Assembly (NCBI GenBank): GCA_016200675.1
Contig: JACQEH010000006.1
Span: 1-43,133 of the forward strand
Reading direction: 5' to 3'
DNA length: 43,133 bases
Source of the DNA: Chloroflexota bacterium
GTDB taxonomy: Bacteria > Chloroflexota > Limnocylindria > Limnocylindrales > CSP1-4
Shown here: positions 8,501 to 15,988 of the stretch, one piece after another
Numbering within the stretch: position 1 is the first letter of the stretch
How the letters are laid out: every line of letters begins with the position of its first letter
Notes under the pieces: model-generated
What the model was told of the DNA's origin: nothing
The model's database searches: none
Seen by the model: only the letters and a program-made list of their open reading frames with translations
Program-made: the position numbers and the translations under genes

Positions 8501-11253
8501 GGCGCCTCAAGCTCCTGGACGTCGATCTCGTGATCCTGAACGAGCACGGCGCCACCTACGCGGCGACGCTCCAGGAGGCCCTCGAGACCGTCGTCCGGAC
8601 GAGCCAGTCCAGCCTCTCCCAGGACGGCCACCCCGGCCGGGGCAGCGTCCACATCCTGCGCGGCGACCAGCTGGCCGGGCCCGACCGGACGGTCCTGCTG
8701 GCCGCGGCCCGGGCGGTCCTCCTCAGCCATCGCGGAACGCTCAGCGACCAGGTCGTCCGGATGGAACGGCCGCAGCGGATCGCCGCGAGCCCGCCGCTGG
8801 TCGCGCCGCGCAGCGCCACGCCCGACGCCCCGGTGGCGCGTCCCGAGCTCGAGTACTTCAACGGCCTCGGGGGCTTCGCCGACGAGGGCCGGGAGTACGT
8901 TGCGATCCTCGGCCCCGGCCAGGCGACGCCGGCCCCGTGGCTCAACGTGATCGCCAATCCGGGGTTCGGGTTCCAGGTCTCGGAGTCTGGGGCGGGCTAC
9001 ACCTGGTCGGGCAACAGCCACGAGAACCAGCTGACACCCTGGTCCAACGATCCGGTCAGCGATCCGGTCAGCGAGGCGATCTACCTGCGCGATGACGAAA
9101 GCGGCGAGCTGTGGGGACCCACCGCCCTCCCGATCCGGCTGGAGGACTCGACGTACGTCGCCCGTCATGGCGCCGGCTACAGCCGCTTCGAGCACCTCCA
9201 CGACGGCATCAACCTGGGTCTCGTCCAGTTCGTCCCGCTCGACGGGGCGGTCAAGGTCTCGGTCGTCACGGTCGAGAACCGCTCCGGCCGTCCGCGTCGG
9301 CTGTCCCTGACCGCCTACGCCGAGTGGGCCATGGGGACGTCGCGTGCCGCGAGCGCGCCGTGGATCGTGACCTCGCTCGAGCCCGACACGGGCGCACTCC
9401 TCGTGCGGAACCCCTCGAACACGGAGTTCGCCGGTCGACATGCCTTCCTCGACCTCGGCGGGCGCCAGACCGCCTGGACCACCGACCGGACCGAATTCCT
9501 GGGCCGCAACGGGGCGCCGGACCGGCCGGCAGGCCTGGCGCGCGGCCACGTGCTGGCCAGCGCCGCGGGCGCCGGCCTGGATCCGTGCACCGCCATCCAG
9601 ACGACGTTCGAGCTGGCGAGCGGGACGCGAACCGAGGTCGTCGTCCTCCTCGGAGAGGCCGCCGACGCGGCCGCCGCCGCCGCTCTTGTCCGCACGTCGC
9701 GGGCGATGGACCACGCGGCGGAGCTCGCGGCGATCGCGAAGCACTGGGACGACACGCTCGGCGCGGTCCAGGTGCGGACGCCGGAGCGGGCGATGGACCT
9801 CATGCTCAACCGCTGGCTCATCTACCAGACCATCGCCTGCCGGCTCTGGGCACGCGCCGGCTTCTACCAGGCCGGCGGCGCCTACGGCTTCCGTGACCAG
9901 CTCCAGGACGTGATCGCCCTCGTCACCCCCCGCCGCGACCTCGCCCGGGGGCACCTCCTCCGGGCAGCGGCCCGGCAGTTCCCCGAGGGCGACGTCCAGC
10001 ACTGGTGGCACCCGCCGTCAGGTCGGGGTGTCCGGACCAGGATCTCGGACGACCGGGTCTGGCTGCCCTACGTCGTCGATCGCTACATCGCCGGCAGCGG
10101 CGACGTCGCGGTCCTCGAGGAGGTCGTTCCGTATCTCGAGGGACCGGTCCTCCAGCCCGACCAGGTGGACGCGTACTTCCTGCCCGGGCGCACCTCGACG
10201 CCGGCGTCGCTCTTCGAACACTGTGCGGCGGCGCTCGACCGCAGCCTCGCCCTCGGCACGCACGGCCTGCCCCTGATCGGGTCCGGCGACTGGAACGACG
10301 GGATGAACCGCGTCGGCCGTGAAGGGCGTGGCGAGAGCGTCTGGCTGGCCTGGTTCCTGTACGCCGCCCTGGCCGCCTTCGTCCCGTATGCCGAGGCTCG
10401 CGGAGCGGCCATCCGCGCGGAGCGCTGGCGGGACACGATGAAGGGCCTTCGACGGGCCCTCGAGCGGCACGGCTGGGACGGCGACTGGTATCGCCGGGCG
10501 TTCTTCGACGACGGCACGCCCCTCGGGTCGGCGGCGAACGTCGAGTGCCGCATCGACTCGATCGCCCAGTCCTGGAGCGTCCTGTCCGGGGCCGCGAATC
10601 CCGTCCACGCGGCGCGAGCGATGGCCGCCGTCGAGGAATACCTCCTCCGCCGCGGCGACGGGCTCGTCCTGCTCCTCACGCCGCCCTTCGACCAATCGGA
10701 CGTGGACCCCGGCTATGTGAAGGGCTACCTGCCCGGGATCCGCGAGAACGGCGGCCAGTACACGCACGGGGCGATCTGGTCCGTCCTCGCCTTCGCCGCC
10801 CTCGGCGACGGCGACAAGGCGGGCGAGCTCTTCTCCATCCTCAACCCCGTCAACCACGCCAGCACCCGGGCCGGGGTCCATCGCTACAAGGTCGAGCCGT
10901 ACGTCATGGCCGGCGATGTCTACTCGGAGACGCCCCACGTCGGGCGCGGCGGGTGGACCTGGTACACGGGCTCGTCGGGCTGGATGTACCAGGCCGGGAT
11001 GGAGGCCATCCTCGGCTTCCGGGTCCGAGGAGCCACGCTCGCGATCGATCCCTGCATTCCGCGTTCCTGGCCGCGCTATGAGATCGACTTCCGGTACCAC
11101 GCGGCGAGGTACCGGATCGTCGTCGAGAACCCTGCCGGGGTCAGCCGCGGCGTGGCCTCGATCCTCGTCGATGGGGCGCGCCTGGCACCCGGGGCGGCCG
11201 TCCCCCTCGTCGACGACGGCCTGACCCACCAGGTGGCCGTCGTCCTCGGCTGA
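2566..11253 (+). CDS. ndvB: Cyclic beta-1,2-glucan synthase (Cgs/ChvB/NdvB-type; GT84 synthase, TM region, glucoamylase-like cyclisation domain and GH94 phosphorylase domain)
   Basis: 2895 aa. Motifs AEWLVDNFH, WMGWERKRGKL, VTLDADT, LLSHDLFEG, HRWARGDWQ, SWSGSMFEYLMP, YMAHHQGM, YQAGGAYGFRDQLQD, GDWNDGMN, ENGGQYTHGA, GRGGWTWYTGSSGW. Confidence 0.95.
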   Translation: MTANQAFPDSPGRARRRVRPPPELDEPILAELFSAERLEQHARTLAAAQPVTSTPRRGRAVAPRIADNGRVLLESYRILARAIKDERSITPAAEWLVDNFHIVDEQLREIRDDLPPDYYRELPKLAEGHLAGYPRVLGIAWAYVAHTDSRFDPDSLRRMIQAYQEVEPLTIGELWAIAISLRILLVDNLRRLAEQIVRSRVARQLADDLADGLLGLGGGSPTEAMAALRRRAKASLPTAARVQLFQRLRDQDPDVTPALGWLEELLAAQGTTTEEMVRLEHQRQATMNVTVRNVITSMRIISWFDWARFVESVSLVDRLLEAQSAFAAMDFATRDRYRHAVEALARASGSTEIEVAQAAASMAAAAPGPVPGPAPGPAPGASASAPARDPGHYLISTGRHELERRLGVRASLPSRLRRAVVVPATIGYLGTVAFVTGAALAVPLALSGRLGLGTLLVAMAAILPASDLAIALVNRLVTNVLGPRPLPRLDLDEGVPTAMRTLVVVPTLLTSADAVEGLVGQLEVHYLGNTEGDLRFALLTDWRDAPTEHVEGDDELLSVAAAGIERLNDRYGEAPGGGARFLLFHRLRRWNESENCWMGWERKRGKLEELNALLRGATTTSILVTGRPVSTPPPGVRFVVTLDADTRLPRGAVGRLVGTIAHPLNEPTYDPGAGRVTHGYGILQPRVTPTLPAEHEASPFQRIFSGSAGIDPYASAVSDVYQDLFGEGSFTGKGIYDVDAFAAALGGRVPENTLLSHDLFEGTFARAGLVTDVELFDEFPQNYLVAAARQHRWARGDWQLLPWILGRARGAAGRRPGAMPGIGRWKMVDNLRRTLSAPFTVVALVLAWALPSVAAGPWTAFVLACFVIPESLPILSGILPKRRNISKRSHLRAVGADVALGAAHVGLGLTLLAHQAWLMADAVARTLWRLVVTHRMLLDWTTAAEAKASQDLDAPGFARQMAGSVAIAAAATAAVLLGNPPAALIAAPFLVLWAASPIVARWVSTPRADGVAELLSAADVGVLRQAARRTWRFFETFVGPADNALPPDNFQDDPVPAVAHRTSPTNIGMYLLATVTARDFGWIGTLEMVERLEATLASMERLERYRGHLYNWYDTRTLARLEPAYVSSVDSGNLAGHLLVLSNACRLMIEQPLPIAAAEAGIEDAISLVRAAAGAITDNRRSQTLGRRPLDEALSAPRPNHPADGVTATSWRAALAGLEAYTQTLTDVAAALTAERGDGDQTELVAWAESARSAVASHARDAELLAGAGEAGRLPTLAELADDARARGPMAGDQGLMVGSSATNLVRRLRAIADHAQDLFRQTDFSFLFDPTRKLLSIGFRVLDGTLDPSCYDLLASEARLASFLAIAKGDAGPEHWFRLGRVLTPVGRGSALISWSGSMFEYLMPALVMRSPALSLLDQTYRLVVARQMSYAEELGVPWGMSESAFNARDLEQTYQYASFGVPGLGLKRGLSQDVVVAPYATALAAMVQPEAAVRNFDRLAAAGAAGRYGFREALDYTTRRLPEGATVAIVQSYMAHHQGMALVALGNVVNGRLMVERFHADPIVEATELLLQERMPRDVLVGRPRAEEVKGAADVRDLVPPVVRRFTSPHDAIPRTHILSNGRYAVMVTAAGSGYSRRRDLAVTRWREDATRDPWGAYLFLRDMQSGAVWSAGHQPTGAEADSYEVNYAEDHADFLRRDGSIVTGLTIVVSTEHDAEIRRVTLANLGSQVREIELTSYAEIALGPQAADVAHPAFENLFVQTEFIPAIGALLATRRPRSADEPPIWAAHVAAVEGDGAGVLQYETDRARFLGRGRTVRSPVSVMDGRPLSDTVGPVLDPIFSLRCRVRLAPGETAHAIFSTVIAGSRDEVLDLADKYRDAATFERATTLAWTQAQVQLHHLGIESDEAHLFQRLANRIIFSDPSLRPAAGILAANDRGAPTLWAHGISGDLPIVLVRIDEAEDLDIVRQLLRAHEYWRLKLLDVDLVILNEHGATYAATLQEALETVVRTSQSSLSQDGHPGRGSVHILRGDQLAGPDRTVLLAAARAVLLSHRGTLSDQVVRMERPQRIAASPPLVAPRSATPDAPVARPELEYFNGLGGFADEGREYVAILGPGQATPAPWLNVIANPGFGFQVSESGAGYTWSGNSHENQLTPWSNDPVSDPVSEAIYLRDDESGELWGPTALPIRLEDSTYVARHGAGYSRFEHLHDGINLGLVQFVPLDGAVKVSVVTVENRSGRPRRLSLTAYAEWAMGTSRAASAPWIVTSLEPDTGALLVRNPSNTEFAGRHAFLDLGGRQTAWTTDRTEFLGRNGAPDRPAGLARGHVLASAAGAGLDPCTAIQTTFELASGTRTEVVVLLGEAADAAAAAALVRTSRAMDHAAELAAIAKHWDDTLGAVQVRTPERAMDLMLNRWLIYQTIACRLWARAGFYQAGGAYGFRDQLQDVIALVTPRRDLARGHLLRAAARQFPEGDVQHWWHPPSGRGVRTRISDDRVWLPYVVDRYIAGSGDVAVLEEVVPYLEGPVLQPDQVDAYFLPGRTSTPASLFEHCAAALDRSLALGTHGLPLIGSGDWNDGMNRVGREGRGESVWLAWFLYAALAAFVPYAEARGAAIRAERWRDTMKGLRRALERHGWDGDWYRRAFFDDGTPLGSAANVECRIDSIAQSWSVLSGAANPVHAARAMAAVEEYLLRRGDGLVLLLTPPFDQSDVDPGYVKGYLPGIRENGGQYTHGAIWSVLAFAALGDGDKAGELFSILNPVNHASTRAGVHRYKVEPYVMAGDVYSETPHVGRGGWTWYTGSSGWMYQAGMEAILGFRVRGATLAIDPCIPRSWPRYEIDFRYHAARYRIVVENPAGVSRGVASILVDGARLAPGAAVPLVDDGLTHQVAVVLG
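3661..3705 (+). repeat. In-frame 12-bp tandem repeat encoding APGPVPGPAPGPAPG
   Basis: gccccgggaccc / gtcccgggaccc / gccccgggaccc / gcccccgga, in a linker of the glucan synthase. Confidence 0.8.
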
Positions 11254-11681
11254 GCGCAGTTCTCGGACCGCCGCCCTCCCGCGGCCCCGCGCAATCGCCG
11301 ACCTGCGGGCGCGGGGCGTCCGCATTCGAGGACGACGAGGCGCGGGATCCGCCGACCAGCGACGGCGTCGCCGACGTGGGCCACACATGGGCCTCGACAG
11401 GGGACTCACGTTGGCGGCCCTGCGATGTCGGGCGGCCGCACGTGCGGTCGTTCCGATCGGGCGAGCGTCGCAGCCCGTCGTGGCTGGTGCGACCGGCGCG
11501 CTGGTACCGAGAGGGGCCGGACCTTCAGGCCCGGGGCCGGCGATGCCAGAACGTCACCGCGCGGCGACTGCGCATGCCGCCGACGCCGGTAGCGCCGGTC
11601 CGATGGATGTCGCATCATCGCCGGCACGCCACCTGCAGCGGGGCCCCTCCCGACGCAGGCGCCGTGCATGAGGACCGACCG

Positions 11682-12542
11682 ATGGCCCGTCTCCAGGCCA
11701 AGGCGCTCGATCTCCCGGACGAGGTCCGGCCGACGCCGTTCGGGCGTGTCGACATCTACAACCTCGACGACCTGGTCATCGGACGGATGGTCTTCCAGCC
11801 CGGCTGGCACTGGATGGAGCACGTCCAGCCGATCGCGGGCACGAGCCTCTGCCAGTACCACCATGTCGGCGTCTGTATCAGCGGCCGGCTCGGGAATCGC
11901 CTCGAGGATGGCACGGTGCTCGAGATCGGCCCGGGCATGGTCTTCGAGATCCCGCCAGGCCACGACGGCTGGGTCATCGGCGACGAACCGTTCGTGGCCT
12001 ATGACGTGGCCGGCGTCCGGTCCTTCGCCCGGGTGGACCAGGCGACCCAGCGCATCCTCGGGACGATGCTCTTCACCGACATCGTCGACTCCACCGCTCT
12101 CGCCGAGTCGCTCGGACCGGCCGGCTGGCGGGAGCTCGTGGGAACGCATAACGAGCGCATTCAGTTCGAGCTCGATCGCTATCGCGGGCGGCTCGTCAAG
12201 ACGACCGGTGACGGCGTCCTGGCCATCTTCGATGGGGCGGAGCGGGCCGTCCGGGCCGCGGCGGCAATCTGCCTCGCGGCGAAGTCCCTGGGCCTCGCCA
12301 TCCGGGCCGGGATCCACACGGGCGAGGTCGAGATCGCCGCGGGCGATGTCCGGGGGCTGGCCGTGCACGTCGCCGCGCGGGTCATGGCCCAGGCCGGCCC
12401 GAGCCAGGTCCTCGTGTCGGCAACCACCCGGGAGCTTGTTGCCGACTCCGGACTGGCGTTCGTGGACGCGGGCAGCCACGAGCTGAAGGGGGTCTCGGGC
12501 GCGCGCCAGCTCTACCGCCTCGCGGCGGCTCCGACGGGCTGA
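11682..12542 (+). CDS. Cupin domain-class III adenylate/guanylate cyclase fusion
   Basis: N-terminal cupin (PGWHWMEHV..CQYHHVG..PPGHDGWV). Cyclase motifs LFTDIVDST, VKTTGDGVLA, RAGIHTGE, GLAVHVAARV, LKG. GAGGA RBS before ATG 11682. Confidence 0.9.
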   Translation: MARLQAKALDLPDEVRPTPFGRVDIYNLDDLVIGRMVFQPGWHWMEHVQPIAGTSLCQYHHVGVCISGRLGNRLEDGTVLEIGPGMVFEIPPGHDGWVIGDEPFVAYDVAGVRSFARVDQATQRILGTMLFTDIVDSTALAESLGPAGWRELVGTHNERIQFELDRYRGRLVKTTGDGVLAIFDGAERAVRAAAAICLAAKSLGLAIRAGIHTGEVEIAAGDVRGLAVHVAARVMAQAGPSQVLVSATTRELVADSGLAFVDAGSHELKGVSGARQLYRLAAAPTG

Positions 12543-12575
12543 CCGTCGCGAAGCGGCCCGAATCTCGGGGTCGCC

Positions 12576-12601
12576 GGAACCATTCGGCCCCTGGGCGCGA
12601 C
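12576..12601 (+). promoter_or_regulatory. Putative ECF-type promoter GGAACC-N16-CGAC
   Basis: Located about 50 nt upstream of the ECF sigma at 12650. Confidence 0.5.
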
Positions 12602-12649
12602 ATACACGCTGAGCGCGACCTGACGGTCGCGCCGCGAACGAGGGCCGGC

Positions 12650-13216
12650 ATGGACCAGCGAGAACGCGTCGAACGGGCGAGGCGAGGCGATCATGACGCC
12701 TTCGCCGTGCTCGCCGGCACGTTCGTCGCGCGGCTGGACGCGGCGGCCCGCCTCATCCTCCGGGACCCCGAACTTGCGCGAGACGCGGTCCAGGAGGGCG
12801 TCATCCACGCCTGGCGGAACCTGCCCACGCTCCGTGACCCCGATCGATTCGAGGCATGGCTGCACCGGCTGGTGATCCGTTCGTGCATCGACATCCTGCG
12901 CCGGCGAGGTCGTCGACCGATCGAGGTCGAGCTGAGCCCGATCGATGGCCCAGCGATGGCCGATGTCTCTGCACTCATTGCCGACCGCGAGGTGCTCGAC
13001 GCGGCGCTCAGGCGCCTCGATCCCGAGTGGCGAGCGGTCGTCGTCCTGCACTTCTACCTCGGCCTGCCGCTGCCGGCCGTGGCCTCCACCCTCGGCATTC
13101 CCGTCGGCACCGCCAAGTCACGACTCCACCGATCCCTGGCCGCCATGCGGCTCACGATCGATGCGGATCAAGGCGAGGCTGGACCGACATCACGCAGGCA
13201 AGGGCAGTACGCATGA
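12650..13216 (+). CDS. ECF RNA polymerase sigma factor
   Basis: ARDAVQEGVIHAW, FEAWLHRLVIRSCID, RAVVVLHFYLGL...GIPVGTAKSRLHR. Confidence 0.93.
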   Translation: MDQRERVERARRGDHDAFAVLAGTFVARLDAAARLILRDPELARDAVQEGVIHAWRNLPTLRDPDRFEAWLHRLVIRSCIDILRRRGRRPIEVELSPIDGPAMADVSALIADREVLDAALRRLDPEWRAVVVLHFYLGLPLPAVASTLGIPVGTAKSRLHRSLAAMRLTIDADQGEAGPTSRRQGQYA

Positions 13217-14481
13217 CCCCGTTCGACCGGCTGGAACGCCACCTGCCCGATCTCCTGTCCGACCTGGCTTCGGCCCGCGTCCCGGACTACTTCGACGACC
13301 TCCTCCAGGCCACCGCTCGCACCCGCCAGCGTCCCGCCTGGGCTTCCCTCGAAAGGTGGCTTCCCGTGGATCTGACCCTGCCCGCACCGCTGGGCCGAGC
13401 CCGCCTGGCACCGCGGCTCGCCCTTCTCCTCCTGGCCGCCCTGCTCGCCGCAGCGGCCCTCATCGCCTACGCCGGCTCGCACCAGGTCCGATTGCCGGCC
13501 CCATTCGGGGTGGCGGCCAACGGCTCGCTTCTGTTCAACACCGCGGGCGGCGACATCGTCTCGGCGGATCCGGCGACCCTGAACGGGACGACGATCGTTG
13601 CCGCGAAGGCGGCAGCGACGGCCGATGGGGTGATTCCGTCCCGGAACGGACGATTCATCGTGCTGGCAAGCAAGCTTGGAGGCGGTGAGCAGTTCTCGAT
13701 CGCCAACGCCGACGGCTCCAACGTGCGCCCCCTTCCGGGCACCTGGATCAACCAGTCCGAGATCGACACGTCGCCGACGGATTCGCAGGTGGCCATCGTC
13801 TCCGAGATCAACGGTGTTCCGTCGATCTCGACGATCGAGACCGACGGGTCGTCCTTCCGGACGCTCCGGCTGGGCCTCGAGGTCAACAGCCTGTGGTACC
13901 TGCCGGACGGGCGGCTCCTGTTTCATGGCGCTTCCACGTCCGGCGCCCCGACCTACGGGCTGTACACGGTGAAGCCGGACGGCACCGGGCTTCGCGGGAT
14001 CGGCCAGACCTCGACCGTCGATGACTGGCTGGCCATCTCGCCATCTCCCGATGGCAGTCGCCTCGTCTACCACAAGTGGGTCGACCTCCCGCTCGAGCAC
14101 GGCCGGCTCCATGTCGTCGACATCGCGTCGGGCACCGATACGACCCTCCCGGTCGCCGGTGCCACACCGGCCGACGAGTTCGAAAGCGCGACCTTCTCGC
14201 CGGATGGCCGGACGATCCTCTTCAAGTGGTTCAGCGCGGACCAGAACGTCCGGCTGGCGATGATGCCTGCCGCCGGAGGGACCGCCGTCCTCCTCGGGCC
14301 GGCCGTTCCCTACGACGTCTCGCCCGACGCCCTCTTCTCACCGGATGGCCGTTCGGTCATTGCCTGGTACCCATCGCGTGGCGAGCTCTGGCTCCTCGAC
14401 CCCGCTGGCCACTCCGGGGCGGATCGGAAGCTGCCGCTCGCTGTCGTCAACCTCCCGACCTGGCAGCGCGTCGCTCCGTGA
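13213..14481 (+). CDS. Putative anti-sigma factor / TolB-like (PD40) beta-propeller membrane protein
   Basis: ATGA coupling with the sigma gene. Short cytoplasmic N-terminus (TRQRPAWASLERW), TM helix (LALLLLAALLAAAALIAYA), repeated SPDG/FSPDG motifs, C-terminal PTWQRVAP. Confidence 0.85.
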   Translation: MTPFDRLERHLPDLLSDLASARVPDYFDDLLQATARTRQRPAWASLERWLPVDLTLPAPLGRARLAPRLALLLLAALLAAAALIAYAGSHQVRLPAPFGVAANGSLLFNTAGGDIVSADPATLNGTTIVAAKAAATADGVIPSRNGRFIVLASKLGGGEQFSIANADGSNVRPLPGTWINQSEIDTSPTDSQVAIVSEINGVPSISTIETDGSSFRTLRLGLEVNSLWYLPDGRLLFHGASTSGAPTYGLYTVKPDGTGLRGIGQTSTVDDWLAISPSPDGSRLVYHKWVDLPLEHGRLHVVDIASGTDTTLPVAGATPADEFESATFSPDGRTILFKWFSADQNVRLAMMPAAGGTAVLLGPAVPYDVSPDALFSPDGRSVIAWYPSRGELWLLDPAGHSGADRKLPLAVVNLPTWQRVAP

Positions 14482-14593
14482 CGTGGCGCTCGGGGGCCGT
14501 CGTGGACGATGGGTTCGCGGCGGCCGCCGGGCGTCGTTCCGACGCCTCCAGGGCCCGGAATCCGGTGTCGCCTTCGTCATCGCCAAGGGGAGG

Positions 14594-14669
14594 TGGAGCG
14601 GGAGACGGGGTTCGAACCCGCGACATTCAGCTTGGGAAGCTGACACTCTGCCAACTGAGTTACTCCCGC
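14594..14669 (-). tRNA. tRNA-Gly (anticodon CCC)
   Basis: Minus strand GCGGGAGTAACTCAGTTGGCAGAGTGTCAGCTTCCCAAGCTGAATGTCGCGGGTTCGAACCCCGTCTCCCGCTCCA: 76 nt cloverleaf with TTCGAA T-loop and encoded CCA. TAGAAT -10 box at 14684-14689. Confidence 0.97.
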
Positions 14670-14733
14670 TCGGGAGAGCGCGGATTCTAGCCGCCGGGAA
14701 CCAGCGCCGCAATCGCGGGCATCGACGGCGTCG

Positions 14734-15234
14734 CTACTCGCCCATCACCGTGACGTGCACCGTGCGGTCGCGCGGACGTGTCCCGTCGAAGTCGACGAAG
14801 TAGATCCGCCCGAACTCGCCCAGCTCCATCGCGCCGTCGTTGACCGGGATCGTCTCGGAGCGGCCGATCAGCCCGGAGCGGATGTGGGCGTCGGTGTTGA
14901 GGCTCCACCAGGCCTCCTCGCCGAGGTTGCCCGTGGCGTGGGCGATGTGGAGCGGGCCCGGGTGCATGTACTGGCCTTCATGGCGACAGGTCGGGGCGAC
15001 CATCTCGAGGCGGTCGAGCATGTCCTGGAGCAGGAACTCGGTCCCGTCGAAGGTCCGGTCGTGCGACGCCTCCTGGATGATGACCGAGCAGGTGGTGTGC
15101 TGCGAGTAGACCGTGACCGTGCCGGCCCTGATGCCCGATGCCGACACCGCGGCGGCCGCCTCGGCGGTGACGTCGTGGAAGGTCGGCTTGCGGAGGGGAC
15201 TGCTGACGCTGACGACAACGTGGTGGACGGTCAT
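14734..15234 (-). CDS. yjbQ: YjbQ/UPF0047 family protein ('secondary thiamine-phosphate synthase')
   Basis: FHDVT, SQHTTCSVIIQE, DAHIRSGLIGRSETIPVNDG.LG..IYFVDFDG.R.R. AGGA RBS upstream. Confidence 0.9.
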   Translation of the reverse strand: MTVHHVVVSVSSPLRKPTFHDVTAEAAAAVSASGIRAGTVTVYSQHTTCSVIIQEASHDRTFDGTEFLLQDMLDRLEMVAPTCRHEGQYMHPGPLHIAHATGNLGEEAWWSLNTDAHIRSGLIGRSETIPVNDGAMELGEFGRIYFVDFDGTRPRDRTVHVTVMGE

Positions 15235-15259
15235 GAGAGGTCCTTTCGCTCGCCGGTGT

Positions 15260-15988
15260 TCACGCCTGCCGATCGGGATGGAGGTCCTGCCAGGTGCGGG
15301 CGGTTGCCTCGAGCATCGCCCGCAGCATCGCCACGGGGTCGGCGGCCCTGAGGACGCCGCTCGACGAGCCGGTTCCGTCCAGGCCCAGCCGCATCACGGT
15401 CTCGACGTCGGCGGGGCCGTTCACGCCGGCCCCGCTCATCACGAGGATCCGGGGGTCGACACCCTTGACGGCCGCCACGGCCTCGGCCACGAACCCGGCC
15501 ATGACGCTGCCGACGGAGCGGCCGCTGGCGATGAGCTCCGGGGGCTCGGCCAGGACGATGTCCGGGCCGAGGCGGGCGAACGCCTCCGCCTCGGCGGGCG
15601 AGTCGGCAAAGACGAGGGTCGCCAGGCCGGCCGCCCGGGCCCGCTCAATGGACGCCTCGAGCTCGGCCGGCGACAGCCGCCGCTCGGAGTGGTTGAGGAG
15701 CGTGCCCACGGCTCCGGCCTCCCGGACCGCCTCGGCCAGCACCGCCCCGACGCCGCGCCCGGGCGGGAGGGCGTCGACATGCTGGGCGAAGACGAGGATT
15801 CGGCTCGTCGCCGCGGCCACGGCGGGGATGTCCACGGCCTGGGGATCGAAGACGATCGAGACGTCGAGCTCCACGGCCAGCCGGTCAGCGGCCACGGCGA
15901 GGCGGACCGCGGCGGCCCCCCAGGCGTAGCCCTTCAGGCCGACCTCGAAGACGGGCGGCCGGATTCGGGGCCTGGGCTCGGCGCTCAG
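15260..15988 (-). CDS. tpiA: Archaeal-type triosephosphate isomerase homolog
   Basis: FEVGLKGY, VFAQHVD, GAVGTLLNHSE, LAEPPELI, GAGV, SSSGVL. The likely start is a CTG overlapping the upstream stop (CTGA). Confidence 0.85.
   Translation of the reverse strand: MSAEPRPRIRPPVFEVGLKGYAWGAAAVRLAVAADRLAVELDVSIVFDPQAVDIPAVAAATSRILVFAQHVDALPPGRGVGAVLAEAVREAGAVGTLLNHSERRLSPAELEASIERARAAGLATLVFADSPAEAEAFARLGPDIVLAEPPELIASGRSVGSVMAGFVAEAVAAVKGVDPRILVMSGAGVNGPADVETVMRLGLDGTGSSSGVLRAADPVAMLRAMLEATARTWQDLHPDRQA

Noticed and set aside
4096-11409. Very long minus-strand ORFs (1050, 872 and 463 aa) opposite the glucan synthase
   Set aside because: Antisense shadows of a GC3-biased gene, with no domain motifs. 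The same applies to most other overlapping ORFs in the track.
11254-11681. Possible riboswitch or ncRNA upstream of the cupin-cyclase gene
   Set aside because: GC-rich hairpins are present but no known aptamer consensus was recognised; an Rfam scan would be needed.
14481-14734. tRNA-Gly as the integration site of a genomic island
   Set aside because: No integrase was seen and no duplicated tRNA 3' end was found by eye. The sugar locus lies on the 5' side of the tRNA.
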